Virus record (IMG/VR): IMGVR_UViG_3300030397_000833
Coordinates: 1-32,054 of that record
From: a virus
Lineage: Duplodnaviria; Caudoviricetes
Direction: 5' to 3' (one strand)
DNA length: 32,054 bases
The translations under genes were made by a program, and so were the position numbers. Numbering within the stretch: position 1 is the stretch's first letter; every line of letters starts with the position of its first letter. This document shows positions 18,212 to 26,839 of this stretch, piece after piece. The notes under the pieces are model-generated. The model was not told the origin of the DNA. It saw only the letters and a list, made by a program, of their open reading frames with translations, and did no database searches.

Positions 18212-18661
18212 ATGGCCATCAGTGAACAAGTCAAAACGTTTGATCTGACAGAGGTCAACATGATGGTGGGAACTCTTCCCATCAGTGGTTTCCAGGATGG
18301 CGATGCCATGACGTGGGAGCCAGCCGAGGACCTTTACAACATGGTGTCTGGAGCTGATGGAGAGGTGGCCAGGTCCAGAACCAACAACAAGTCTGGCACC
18401 CTGACCTTCAATCTCCTGTATTCCTCAGATGCCAACGCCGTCTTCCAACAGATGTTGGATGATGATGAAAACAACAACACGGGCATCAGGACCATCCTGA
18501 TTGAAGACCTCCGTGGTGGCTTTCGTCTGGTTGCTGGCCAGGCGTGGGTCCAGGCACAGCCCCCTGTCACCTTCTCCAAGGAGATGGGAACCAGGGAATG
18601 GGTCCTTGGTGTGGGTCGTGCTCAAATCACCCACGCTGGCATTGTGGCGCCTTCCACCTGA
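18212..18661 (+). CDS. Tail tube protein (DUF3277-like)
   Basis: KTFD...ISGFQDG...SGADGEVARS...SGTLTFNL...SDAN...REW; follows the sheath gene. Confidence 0.85.
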   Translation: MAISEQVKTFDLTEVNMMVGTLPISGFQDGDAMTWEPAEDLYNMVSGADGEVARSRTNNKSGTLTFNLLYSSDANAVFQQMLDDDENNNTGIRTILIEDLRGGFRLVAGQAWVQAQPPVTFSKEMGTREWVLGVGRAQITHAGIVAPST

Positions 18662-18718
18662 TCTTCCGTCATCCGTCCTGATCTTTCATTTCCTGCACCA
18701 ACAAGGAGAGTTTGAGTC

Positions 18719-19312
18719 GTGAATCTCAGAACACAGCAAACCCAGCCCATGGGGCGCCAGCTCCAATACAGAAAACGGATTCAGTCAGACTGGGGAGAAG
18801 ACATCCAGTTGGAAGTGACACCACATCCAGCTGGTGAAGGTTTTGCTTTGATGCCATCTGTGGTCCAGGTGTTCGTTGAAGCTGCCGCTGAAATCCTTGG
18901 AGCCTTGAATCTGAAGGAACTGTTGAAGGAGTCCACCAGTCAGGCCATGACAGGCATCAAGGAGGAGAAGTCCAAGGAGGAGGTTCTGGAGTCCATGACC
19001 AACATGGGTGTCCTTCAGCGTCTGGTAAACACAGATGTGAAGACAGACCAGTTGGTGGGGGCCATTGGTTCCCTGGCTAAGAACCTGGCTCTTCATGGGG
19101 GTGTGGACCTGGTCAAGGACATCCTGGAACATACCACCAGGTGTGTCATCCAGAATGAACAAGTGGTGGGCGGTACAAAGCAAAACTGTGCCAAGCACTT
19201 TGATACCATTTACCAGGCGAACTATGGAGAGCTGGTCAGGACCATCATCTTCATCTTGATGGTCAACTGGGGACCGGCGTTCAAACGACTCCCTTTCGAT
19301 CAAGGTGGCTAA
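18719..19312 (+). CDS. Tail assembly chaperone (gpG equivalent)
   Basis: Lies between tube and tape measure; ends HFDTIYQANYGEL...VNW; slippery heptamer near the 3' end. Confidence 0.75.
   Translation: MNLRTQQTQPMGRQLQYRKRIQSDWGEDIQLEVTPHPAGEGFALMPSVVQVFVEAAAEILGALNLKELLKESTSQAMTGIKEEKSKEEVLESMTNMGVLQRLVNTDVKTDQLVGAIGSLAKNLALHGGVDLVKDILEHTTRCVIQNEQVVGGTKQNCAKHFDTIYQANYGELVRTIIFILMVNWGPAFKRLPFDQGG
19291..19297 (+). promoter_or_regulatory. Programmed -1 ribosomal frameshift site C-CCT-TTC
   Basis: X XXY YYZ in the correct phase; the -1 frame is open from 19291 to the stop at 19554. Confidence 0.75.
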
Positions 19313-19554
19313 GGCCAGAGCCAAAGGTGGCCTGGAAGATAGAGGACACCTTTGGTCGTCTGGACTTACGCAATCCATGGGCCTGGAGGATTTTCCACTG
19401 GTCCAAAGGGGCTGTGTCTCCTGACACTGTGGTCAATCAGTGGACAGTGACCATGGTCCTGGAGTGTCTGGACATGATTGAAGCTTATGCTGAAATTGAT
19501 CAGATATACCGGGACAGTGCAAAGCCACCCAAGAGAAAAGTAAAACGTCCATAA
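19291..19554 (+). CDS. Tail assembly chaperone frameshift extension (gpT equivalent)
   Basis: -1 frame reads PFRSRWLRPEPKVAWKIEDTF...WTVTMVLECLDMIEA; ORF track calls 19327..19554, which has no strong SD. Confidence 0.7.
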   Translation, partial: PFRSRWLRPEPKVAWKIEDTFGRLDLRNPWAWRIFHWSKGAVSPDTVVNQWTVTMVLECLDMIEAYAEIDQIYRDSAKPPKRKVKRP

Positions 19555-19565
19555 GGGGACTGATC

Positions 19566-21731
19566 ATGATCGTTCGGGAACTTCTGGCACTTCTAGGGTA
19601 CAAGATTGATGATTCTGACCTGAAGAAGTTTGACAAGTCCCTGGACAACGTCAAGGGCAGTCTTGGTGGTCTGAAGGGTCTGGCAGCCGGGGCAGCTGCC
19701 GCGTTGGCTGGCCTGGTGACAGGTGGCTTCATCTCTCAAATCTTTGAAGCCAATGCCCAGTATGAAAAGCTGAATGCTCAGCTGGAACAGTCTGAAGGCA
19801 GTGCCGAAAAGGCCAAAGCAAGTTTTGCCACCATCCAGGGCATTGCTGCCAAAACCCCTTTCCAACTCAACGAAGTCACGGATGCCTGGATCAAACTCAG
19901 GAACCGGGGGATAGAGCCGTCTGAAGAGACGTTGATCTCCTTTGGTGATACGGCGTCAGCCCTTGGAAAGGACCTTGATCAGTTTATTGAAGCTGTCCTT
20001 GATGCCCAGACTGGAGAGTTTGAGAGGCTGAAGGAGTTTGGCATCAAAGCCAAGAAGGATGGCCAGAACGTTGCTTTTACTTTCAAGGGCCAGACCAAGG
20101 TTGTGAAGAACAATGCCAAGGAGATCACAGCCTTTCTGGAGTCCCTTGGAAAGGAGGGCGGAGCTTTTGCCGGTGGCATGGCAAAACAAATGAAGACTCT
20201 GAATGGAATTGTTTCCAACATGAGGGACAATTTCAACAAGTTCCTGGTGGCCATTGGTGATGCAGGGTTCAGGGATGCCTTGAAGGAACTCTTTGGAGTC
20301 ATCAGCCAGAACGTGGCTGGTGGAGCCGATATGGCCAAAACCATTGGAGGGGTCTTGGCTGGAGCTGTCAGATTGCTGACCCGTGGTCTTCAGTTCTTGA
20401 TAGCCAACTGGAAGGAGGTGACAGCTGCCTTGACGGGGTTTGGGGTTGTTCTTGGAGCCATCAAGCTGGCTGGCTTCATAGCTGGCCTTGGCTCCCTGAA
20501 GGCCATTCTGGCTGGTATCCTGGTGGCCATGTTGCCAGTGATCAAGGCTTTCTTCCTGGTGGTTTTGCCAATCCTTATATGGGCAGCTGCCATTACCACC
20601 GTCTTGTTGCTCCTGGAGGACTTGTTTGTGTTCTTCAGGGGCGGCCCTAGCGCCATTGGCGATTTCATCAAGGGCTTTGAAAAGCAGGAAGGGATCCTTG
20701 GTTCCATTGCCAGGTTCCTTAGAGACATGCTGATTGGGGCCAGAGCCCTTTTCAAGACTCTGGTCAGGCTCGGTGGAGAGCTGGTGTCAGCTGTTCAGCC
20801 TGAAATTGCCAACATGGCTCTCTTTTTCAGCAACGTCTGGGAAGACATCAAGCGTGGTTTCCTGGAGGCCATGACAGCCATTACAGGTGAAGCTGAAGGT
20901 GGGGGTGCCTTCATCACCAGGATCTTCTTTGCCATCAGGACCATTGTTCTGAATGTCTTCCCCTTTGTGGTGAACTTCATCAAGGGGAGTCTGAACACTC
21001 TTCTGACTGCCTGGATCATCTGGTGGAGATTTGTAAAGGGTGTGTTTGGCTTCATCAGGAACCTGGCCAGTGCTGTCTTCAATACCCTGAAGACGGATGG
21101 AGCTGGCACCTTTGATGAACTGATCAGAGCCCTGGGAGAGCTGTGGAACACGTTTTCCATCATCTTTGGTTTGCTTCGTCAAGCCTGGACAGCTGTGATG
21201 GCAGAACTTGGCTCTACCGGGACCATCTCCATTGGTGACGTTGCACAGGCGTTGTTGATCCTGTCTGTCATCATCATCAAGGGCGTTGTGGGTGGTCTGA
21301 AAGTTGCCATCTTCGTTGTGCAAACCCTGGTCAATGGCTTTGTGCTCCTTCATGACGCTGCTAGTGCTGTGGCCAATGCCATGATCACTCAGTGGACCAC
21401 CATTGGGAATCTGATCCTGACAGCCCTGGAAGGTCTGGGCAAAATTGCTGGCTTTGACCTTGGAGGTATCAGAGAGACCATTGGTGGTGTGGTCTCCAGG
21501 GTGACAGGTGGTGGAGACACGGGTGTTGCAGCTGGCCAGGCAGCCACCAATACTGGTGGTGGCCCGGTCAATCAGACAGCCACAGCCACAGTTGGACAGG
21601 TCCAGGTCAATGTCACCAGTTCCAATGCCAGTCCAGCTGAAATCGCAGCTGCCAGCCGGTCTGGAGCTGGCCAGGGTCTGACTGACACCCTGGTTGCTGC
21701 CAGACGAGACCTGGCAGGAGGAGTGACCTGA
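19566..21731 (+). CDS. Tape measure protein
   Basis: 721 aa; MIVRELLALLGYKID start; AAKTPFQLNEVT...GDTASA...GEFERLKEFGI...TLNGIVSNMRDNF tape-measure domain; hydrophobic central region. Confidence 0.92.
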   Translation: MIVRELLALLGYKIDDSDLKKFDKSLDNVKGSLGGLKGLAAGAAAALAGLVTGGFISQIFEANAQYEKLNAQLEQSEGSAEKAKASFATIQGIAAKTPFQLNEVTDAWIKLRNRGIEPSEETLISFGDTASALGKDLDQFIEAVLDAQTGEFERLKEFGIKAKKDGQNVAFTFKGQTKVVKNNAKEITAFLESLGKEGGAFAGGMAKQMKTLNGIVSNMRDNFNKFLVAIGDAGFRDALKELFGVISQNVAGGADMAKTIGGVLAGAVRLLTRGLQFLIANWKEVTAALTGFGVVLGAIKLAGFIAGLGSLKAILAGILVAMLPVIKAFFLVVLPILIWAAAITTVLLLLEDLFVFFRGGPSAIGDFIKGFEKQEGILGSIARFLRDMLIGARALFKTLVRLGGELVSAVQPEIANMALFFSNVWEDIKRGFLEAMTAITGEAEGGGAFITRIFFAIRTIVLNVFPFVVNFIKGSLNTLLTAWIIWWRFVKGVFGFIRNLASAVFNTLKTDGAGTFDELIRALGELWNTFSIIFGLLRQAWTAVMAELGSTGTISIGDVAQALLILSVIIIKGVVGGLKVAIFVVQTLVNGFVLLHDAASAVANAMITQWTTIGNLILTALEGLGKIAGFDLGGIRETIGGVVSRVTGGGDTGVAAGQAATNTGGGPVNQTATATVGQVQVNVTSSNASPAEIAAASRSGAGQGLTDTLVAARRDLAGGVT

Positions 21732-21732
21732 A

Positions 21733-22368
21733 ATGGCCCTTGTTGCATCAGGAATCATCCGTCCACCACGTCTGGTGGGAAGTAGCTTGAAGACCATTGA
21801 TGATCAGATCATGACCTTTGATGCCATGATCACAGAGAATCCATCCTTCACGGCAGAGTTGACCAGTCATCCGGTGGAAGATGGAGCGGATGTTACTGAT
21901 CACTTCCGGCGCAATCCTGACAAGTTGACCATGGTCGTGTTCATCACCAACACGCCAATCCTGCCAGAACAACAGGGTATCCCTGACAGGGACATCCAGA
22001 TCTTTGAAGACTTACTCCGTGACATCTGGGCTGTGGGTGAACCCCTGACAGTGATCACAGGCCTTCGGACCTATGAAAACATGGTGCTCCTGGAGGTGAG
22101 CACCACACGGGATCCGTCCACGGGCCAGGCCCTGAGCATCAACCTGAACTTCCAGGAAATTGTCTTTGCCAACCAGGCCAGGGTTCCTGTCCCTCCTGAA
22201 CAGGTGGGAGAGGAGAGGAGAAGGACAGCCAACACCAAAAGGGATGCTGGACGTCAAGATGGCAAGGAAGCCGGTGGTGCAGCTGATGCAAAGGAAGGAG
22301 GGGCCAGCCCACAAGCCAACAAAGCCGAGGAACAGGGTGGTTCCACCCTTCATGACCTCTTGTCCTGA
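21733..22368 (+). CDS. Baseplate / tail tube initiator (Dit-like) protein
   Basis: FDAMITE...LTSHPVEDGADVTDH...VITGLRTYENMVL...LNFQEI. Confidence 0.8.
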   Translation: MALVASGIIRPPRLVGSSLKTIDDQIMTFDAMITENPSFTAELTSHPVEDGADVTDHFRRNPDKLTMVVFITNTPILPEQQGIPDRDIQIFEDLLRDIWAVGEPLTVITGLRTYENMVLLEVSTTRDPSTGQALSINLNFQEIVFANQARVPVPPEQVGEERRRTANTKRDAGRQDGKEAGGAADAKEGGASPQANKAEEQGGSTLHDLLS

Positions 22369-22483
22369 CCTGAATCCAAAGAGGAGGGGAAGGCTGATCA
22401 AATAAGGTCCAGACCACCAGCTCTCCCCACCCGGTTCAAATCAGGGGCAGGAAAACCAGTGGTCAGGGCCAGGAGCCCTTCAG

Positions 22484-22858
22484 GTGTTACAGCTTCCACT
22501 TCTACCAAACACATCAGCCTATGACATGATTGTCCAATTGGACGGTTTGTCCTATCGCTTTGCCTACCAGTGGAACGATAGGACAGCCAGCTGGTATGTC
22601 TCCATCTCCACCTTCAACAATGAACCCATTCTCAGACAACTCAGGGTGGTCCATAAGTGGCCCCTTTATTCCAGATACAGGGATCCACGCCTTCCACCAG
22701 GGATGATCTTCTGTGTGGACATGGCTGACAGTGGCCAGGGTCCAACCTTTGAGTCCATGGGAGTGAACACCTTGCTGATGTACTACACCAGTGCTGACCT
22801 GGAATCTGTGGCTCTTGAAGATGTGGCAGCTGGCCTGATCATCTCTCCACTTCCCTGA
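22484..22858 (+). CDS. Baseplate plug-type protein
   Basis: LPL...VQLDGLSYRF...WNDR...WY...LMY; AGGAG SD, GTG start. Confidence 0.7.
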   Translation: MLQLPLLPNTSAYDMIVQLDGLSYRFAYQWNDRTASWYVSISTFNNEPILRQLRVVHKWPLYSRYRDPRLPPGMIFCVDMADSGQGPTFESMGVNTLLMYYTSADLESVALEDVAAGLIISPLP

Positions 22859-22883
22859 CTTTTGCTCCTGGAGGACCTTCAAG

Positions 22884-23744
22884 ATGGCTGTTGATGTTTT
22901 CGCTGAACAAGCTCCAACCCCCCAACCCATCTTTGGTATCAGGTTGTTCAAGCGTGTTGTGATTGTCAGGGTCAGCCTTCCTGGTCAGGAAGGGAGGGAG
23001 TGGAAGGACCTCCGTGTCAATTTCAGCGTGGAGAAGTCAGACAAGGGCAAGCCCAACAAGAGCAAAATCCAGCTCTATGGTCTGTCCAGGGATTCAAGGG
23101 GCTTCATCCAGGAGGAAGGGGCCAGGATAGTCCTCCAGGCCGGTTATGATCAGTCACCACCTGTGATCTTTCAGGGTGACGTGGATGATGCTGAACCCAA
23201 ATATGACGGGCGTGACATCGTCATGAACATTGAAGGTCGGGATGGTGGAACGGCGTACAATGAAGCTGCCATCTTTGAAACCTATGAAGCCCCCCTGACC
23301 TATTCAACGCTCCTGAACCGGGTTGCCCAGTCCATGGGGCTCCGTTTTGCCAACCTTCCAGCCAATTTGCCTGATGGAGACCTGGTCCAGGGCTATTCCA
23401 TGGCGGGTCCTGCCAGGGAGGTCCTTGACGAGATTACCAGCACCCTTGGTGCCCAGTGGTCCATTCAAGATGGAGAGCTGGTGGTCACACTCCTTGGTGA
23501 AGGCACAGCTGAAGAAGCCTGGTTCCTGTCTCCAACTACAGGTCTGATCAACTCTCCACAGAGGGACAAGAAGGGTGTCAAGTTGCGGGTCTTGATGAAT
23601 GGACGCATCAAGCCAGGCCGGAAAATTGTGATATCCTCCAGGGATGTCCAGGGTGTCTACATTCCCACCGTGGTCAAACACCAGGGTGACAGTGGTTGGT
23701 CTGATGACTTTTACACAGAGATTGAAGCGAGGGCTGCAAAATGA
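22884..23744 (+). CDS. Baseplate hub protein
   Basis: FSVEKS...PNKSKIQLYGLS...LQAGY...IFQGDV...WSIQDGEL...TGLINSP...HQGDS. Confidence 0.82.
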   Translation: MAVDVFAEQAPTPQPIFGIRLFKRVVIVRVSLPGQEGREWKDLRVNFSVEKSDKGKPNKSKIQLYGLSRDSRGFIQEEGARIVLQAGYDQSPPVIFQGDVDDAEPKYDGRDIVMNIEGRDGGTAYNEAAIFETYEAPLTYSTLLNRVAQSMGLRFANLPANLPDGDLVQGYSMAGPAREVLDEITSTLGAQWSIQDGELVVTLLGEGTAEEAWFLSPTTGLINSPQRDKKGVKLRVLMNGRIKPGRKIVISSRDVQGVYIPTVVKHQGDSGWSDDFYTEIEARAAK

Positions 23745-24430
23745 CGGATGGTCAGGGACTGGTCAGAGGGGAGGTCAATCTTGACCAGGACACCAAGTCA
23801 GATGCATTTTTTGAAGTCATCCATGACATGGTCAAGGCTGGAACAGCCAAGATGAATGTGGCCTGCACCGGGGTGGTCCGGAGCTATGACACCACCACAG
23901 GAAGAGCCAGGGTCCAGCCAGTGGTCAGGGGCAGGAAGGATGGTGAAATCACCTTCAGGTATCCCATCATTGTCAATGTGCCAGTCTTGTGGCCACAGTG
24001 GGGCAAGTTTTCCATAACAGGCCAGCTGGAGCCTGGTGACTTTGTCTGGCTGAACTTTGCGGACAGGTCCATGATGGAGTGGTTGTCTGGTGGCGGAGAG
24101 GATGTCACAGCATTGGCCAGGAGACGTTTTGATATTCAGGATGCTGTGGCGTATCCAGGTATCGTTCCCTTCAACCAGGTCCTGGCCAATCCTCAGACAC
24201 AGGGGCTGGTCATTGGCGTGGACACAGGCCGTGGTGGGTCCACACCAATGCGTCTGGTCATCCGTGAGGATGGCTTTGTGATGGGAGATGGGACAGAAGA
24301 CGTTCTGACCATCCTGGATGATTTCATTTCTGCCATGCTCTCCGGAACCTATGGTCTGTCACCAGCTGACCCCCCTTTGGTAGCTGCTTTGGGACTTCTT
24401 CAGACAAGATTGGCCAGCTTGATACCTTGA
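23741..24430 (+). CDS. Baseplate central spike (Gp138 N-terminal domain family)
   Basis: GVVRSYD...VQP...NVPVLWP...PGDFVWLNFADRSM...W...RRFDIQDAVAYPG. Confidence 0.82.
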   Translation: MTDGQGLVRGEVNLDQDTKSDAFFEVIHDMVKAGTAKMNVACTGVVRSYDTTTGRARVQPVVRGRKDGEITFRYPIIVNVPVLWPQWGKFSITGQLEPGDFVWLNFADRSMMEWLSGGGEDVTALARRRFDIQDAVAYPGIVPFNQVLANPQTQGLVIGVDTGRGGSTPMRLVIREDGFVMGDGTEDVLTILDDFISAMLSGTYGLSPADPPLVAALGLLQTRLASLIP

Positions 24431-24590
24431 TGCTTCCTCTTCCTGGCCCCTGATTTGCCCTCCAGTGGCTTTCCTCTCTTTCAAGCTTCACATTGTACCC
24501 CCTAAGCTGTTCTGGACTGTCTGGAGCAATTCTGTGCAGAATCTGCTTGTCTGGACTAGGATTGATGCAAGCCACATTCAGGGGTTGAAG

Positions 24591-25004
24591 ATGAACTTGA
24601 AGATTCTGGTGGGAGAGAATGGAACCAGGCGTCTGGTGGATGATTCAGGCCGTATGCATTTGGTGTCAGGGCCTGATGAACTGGTTCAGAAACTGGAAGG
24701 GTTCCTCAATTGCAACCAGGGAGAATGGACCCTGGATGAAACCTTCTTCCTTCCCTGGACTGACCAGGTGCTGGTGAAGAACCCAGATCTTCCGGCCATT
24801 GAAGCCCTGATCAAAGCTGGAATCACCAGCCGGAATGGTGTGGAGCGTCTGGTGTCCTATAGTCAGATCTTTGACCCGGCTGCCAGGACCCTGACCATCA
24901 ATTTTGTGGTGCTGACTTCCAGTGGAGTGCTGGTGGAACGCATCATTCAGGGCAACCCTGTTGCCAGTGACGTTGGCCTGTTTCTCAACCTCTTGGAGTG
25001 CTGA
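24591..25004 (+). CDS. Baseplate wedge / sheath initiator (Mu gp46, T4 gp25-like)
   Basis: QGEWTLDETFFLPW...RTLTINF; ATG 24591 after AGGGG (ORF track starts at 24465). Confidence 0.72.
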   Translation: MNLKILVGENGTRRLVDDSGRMHLVSGPDELVQKLEGFLNCNQGEWTLDETFFLPWTDQVLVKNPDLPAIEALIKAGITSRNGVERLVSYSQIFDPAARTLTINFVVLTSSGVLVERIIQGNPVASDVGLFLNLLEC

Positions 25005-25007
25005 TTC

Positions 25008-26264
25008 ATGACTGTTGCTGTCCTTGATTCAAATGGCCTGACAGTGCCACGTTTGCCTGAAATCAAAGCTGATCTGGAAGCAAAGGCCATAGAGCTGTTT
25101 GGGGAAGATGTCGACCTGGAGGAAGATGGCCCAATGGGTCAGTTGATTGGCATCATGTCACAAGGCTTTGATGACCTGTATCAGCTTCTCCGGGCTGTAT
25201 ATGACTCGTTCAACCCTGACACAGCACAAGGTCAGGCCCTGGATTCCATTGCAGCTGTTGTGGGCTTGACCAGAGAGCCATCAGCTCCAACCACTGGCCT
25301 TCCTACAGCCAGCGGTGTGGCAGGAACTTCCATTGCAGCTGGCAAGTTGATCAGGTCCACGTTGGACGGGTCTACCTTCTTCACAACCCAGACTGTGGTC
25401 ATTCCTGGTGTGCCTCCTGCCACTGGTACAGTTGACTTGCCTGTCCAGGCCGAGGAAGACGGGCCAATCCTGGTGCCAGACACAACTCCTCTGGAGATTG
25501 TGACACCTGTGGCTGGTTGGGACAGTGTTGCTACCAATGGCGATTTTGACCCGGGTCAGAATGCTGAATCAGATGCTGACCTGCGAATCAGGCGTCAGGA
25601 GTCCCTTCAGGCCATTGGCAACGCCACAGATGGATCCATCAGGGCCAACATTGTGGAGAAGCCCTTTGTGGACCAGTGCCTTGTGATCAGCAACAGGACC
25701 CTGGTGACAGACTCTCTGGGCATCCCTGGCAAGTCTTTCAGGACCGTGGTCTGGCCAGTGCTGGCGTTGCCAGAGGAACAGGAGGAAGTGGCCCTGGAAA
25801 TCTTCAACAGGATGCCAGCTGGCATTTACCCGGATGGTACAGAGCGTTTCCTGATCACAGATGATGAAGGTTACAGCCAGGATGTGGGCTTTTCCTATGC
25901 CACAGAAGTGGCCATTGGGATGGAAGTGGATTTGACGGTGGACCCGTTTCTGTTCCCGTCTGGAGGTGAAGCTTTGGTCAAGGCTGACCTCCTGACCATC
26001 TTCACGGGTTTGACGGAAGAGGCGGCAGCTGTGGACCCTGGTTTGTTTGAGATTGTGGGAACGGGTCTGTCCATGGGTGGTGATGTGGTGGTGTTGCAGA
26101 TCAACTGTGTGGCTGCCAGGACCCCTGGTGTCAGGTCCATGGTGGTCAGGATGGACAAAAAATCCGTGGTCTTCCCTCCTGTTACAGTCAATACGGACAT
26201 CCCTATTGAGCTGACTGAGATTGCCACATTGGCTGATGCTGATTTGACTGTTGCTGTGGTGTGA
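25008..26264 (+). CDS. Baseplate J / Mu gp47 family protein
   Basis: SFNPDTAQGQALD...GLTR...GQNAESDADLRIR...MPAGI. Confidence 0.9.
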   Translation: MTVAVLDSNGLTVPRLPEIKADLEAKAIELFGEDVDLEEDGPMGQLIGIMSQGFDDLYQLLRAVYDSFNPDTAQGQALDSIAAVVGLTREPSAPTTGLPTASGVAGTSIAAGKLIRSTLDGSTFFTTQTVVIPGVPPATGTVDLPVQAEEDGPILVPDTTPLEIVTPVAGWDSVATNGDFDPGQNAESDADLRIRRQESLQAIGNATDGSIRANIVEKPFVDQCLVISNRTLVTDSLGIPGKSFRTVVWPVLALPEEQEEVALEIFNRMPAGIYPDGTERFLITDDEGYSQDVGFSYATEVAIGMEVDLTVDPFLFPSGGEALVKADLLTIFTGLTEEAAAVDPGLFEIVGTGLSMGGDVVVLQINCVAARTPGVRSMVVRMDKKSVVFPPVTVNTDIPIELTEIATLADADLTVAVV

Positions 26265-26266
26265 TC

Positions 26267-26836
26267 ATGCCCGATGTACCCGTTCATTTGTTCGATTATG
26301 TGGAACGTCTCAAGAGAGAGCTGTCCACGTTCTTCTTCTGCATTGAGGACATGCAAAAATTGGTGGAGCTTTCAGCCTCCAGACAGCAAATAGCAGAAGA
26401 CGTGGCCTATGCCATGATTGTGGAGAGGTTCATTGATACCAGTGCAGGAGCGCAGCTGGACCAGTGGGGCAAGGTGGTTGGGGAAGCCAGGTTGGGGCTG
26501 GTGGATGGTGAATATCGCCAGTTCATCAAGGCCAGAATCCGTTCCAACCTCTCCAATGGGACCATCAGGGAGATGACCCTGATTTTGAAGCTGCTCACCA
26601 ATGCCATCAACGTCCGTTACAGTCCGCTTTATCCAGCTGGAATGCAGTTTGATTATGTGTCTGGAGTCCTGACCAGTTCAGCTTCCAAGGACCGAATCAA
26701 GCGCCAGATGATAGAGGTGGCTGGAGCTGGCATAGCCGTTCATTACATCACTGAAGCCACTGAAGGTTATTTTGGGTGGGATGGTGATGACGAGGCCCTT
26801 GGTTTTGGCCAGGGCTCATTTGCAGGAGTGATTTAA
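26267..26836 (+). CDS. Baseplate wedge protein (DUF2612 / gpI-like)
   Basis: IDTSAGAQLDQWGKVVG...DGEYRQFIKARI...SNGT...FGW...GFGQGSF. Confidence 0.8.
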   Translation: MPDVPVHLFDYVERLKRELSTFFFCIEDMQKLVELSASRQQIAEDVAYAMIVERFIDTSAGAQLDQWGKVVGEARLGLVDGEYRQFIKARIRSNLSNGTIREMTLILKLLTNAINVRYSPLYPAGMQFDYVSGVLTSSASKDRIKRQMIEVAGAGIAVHYITEATEGYFGWDGDDEALGFGQGSFAGVI

Positions 26837-26839
26837 TCC

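Noticed and set aside
20787-21797. 336-aa minus-strand ORF, and many other antisense or alternative-frame ORFs (e.g. 3629-4285, 10080-10811, 26816-27520, 29057-29707)
   Set aside because: They lie wholly opposite well-supported plus-strand genes and show no recognisable motifs; TA depletion makes TAA/TAG stops scarce and inflates shadow ORFs
17038-26836. Tailocin, eCIS or gene transfer agent interpretation
   Set aside because: Complete packaging and head modules plus many phage-type accessory ORFs are present, and no host genes flank the region
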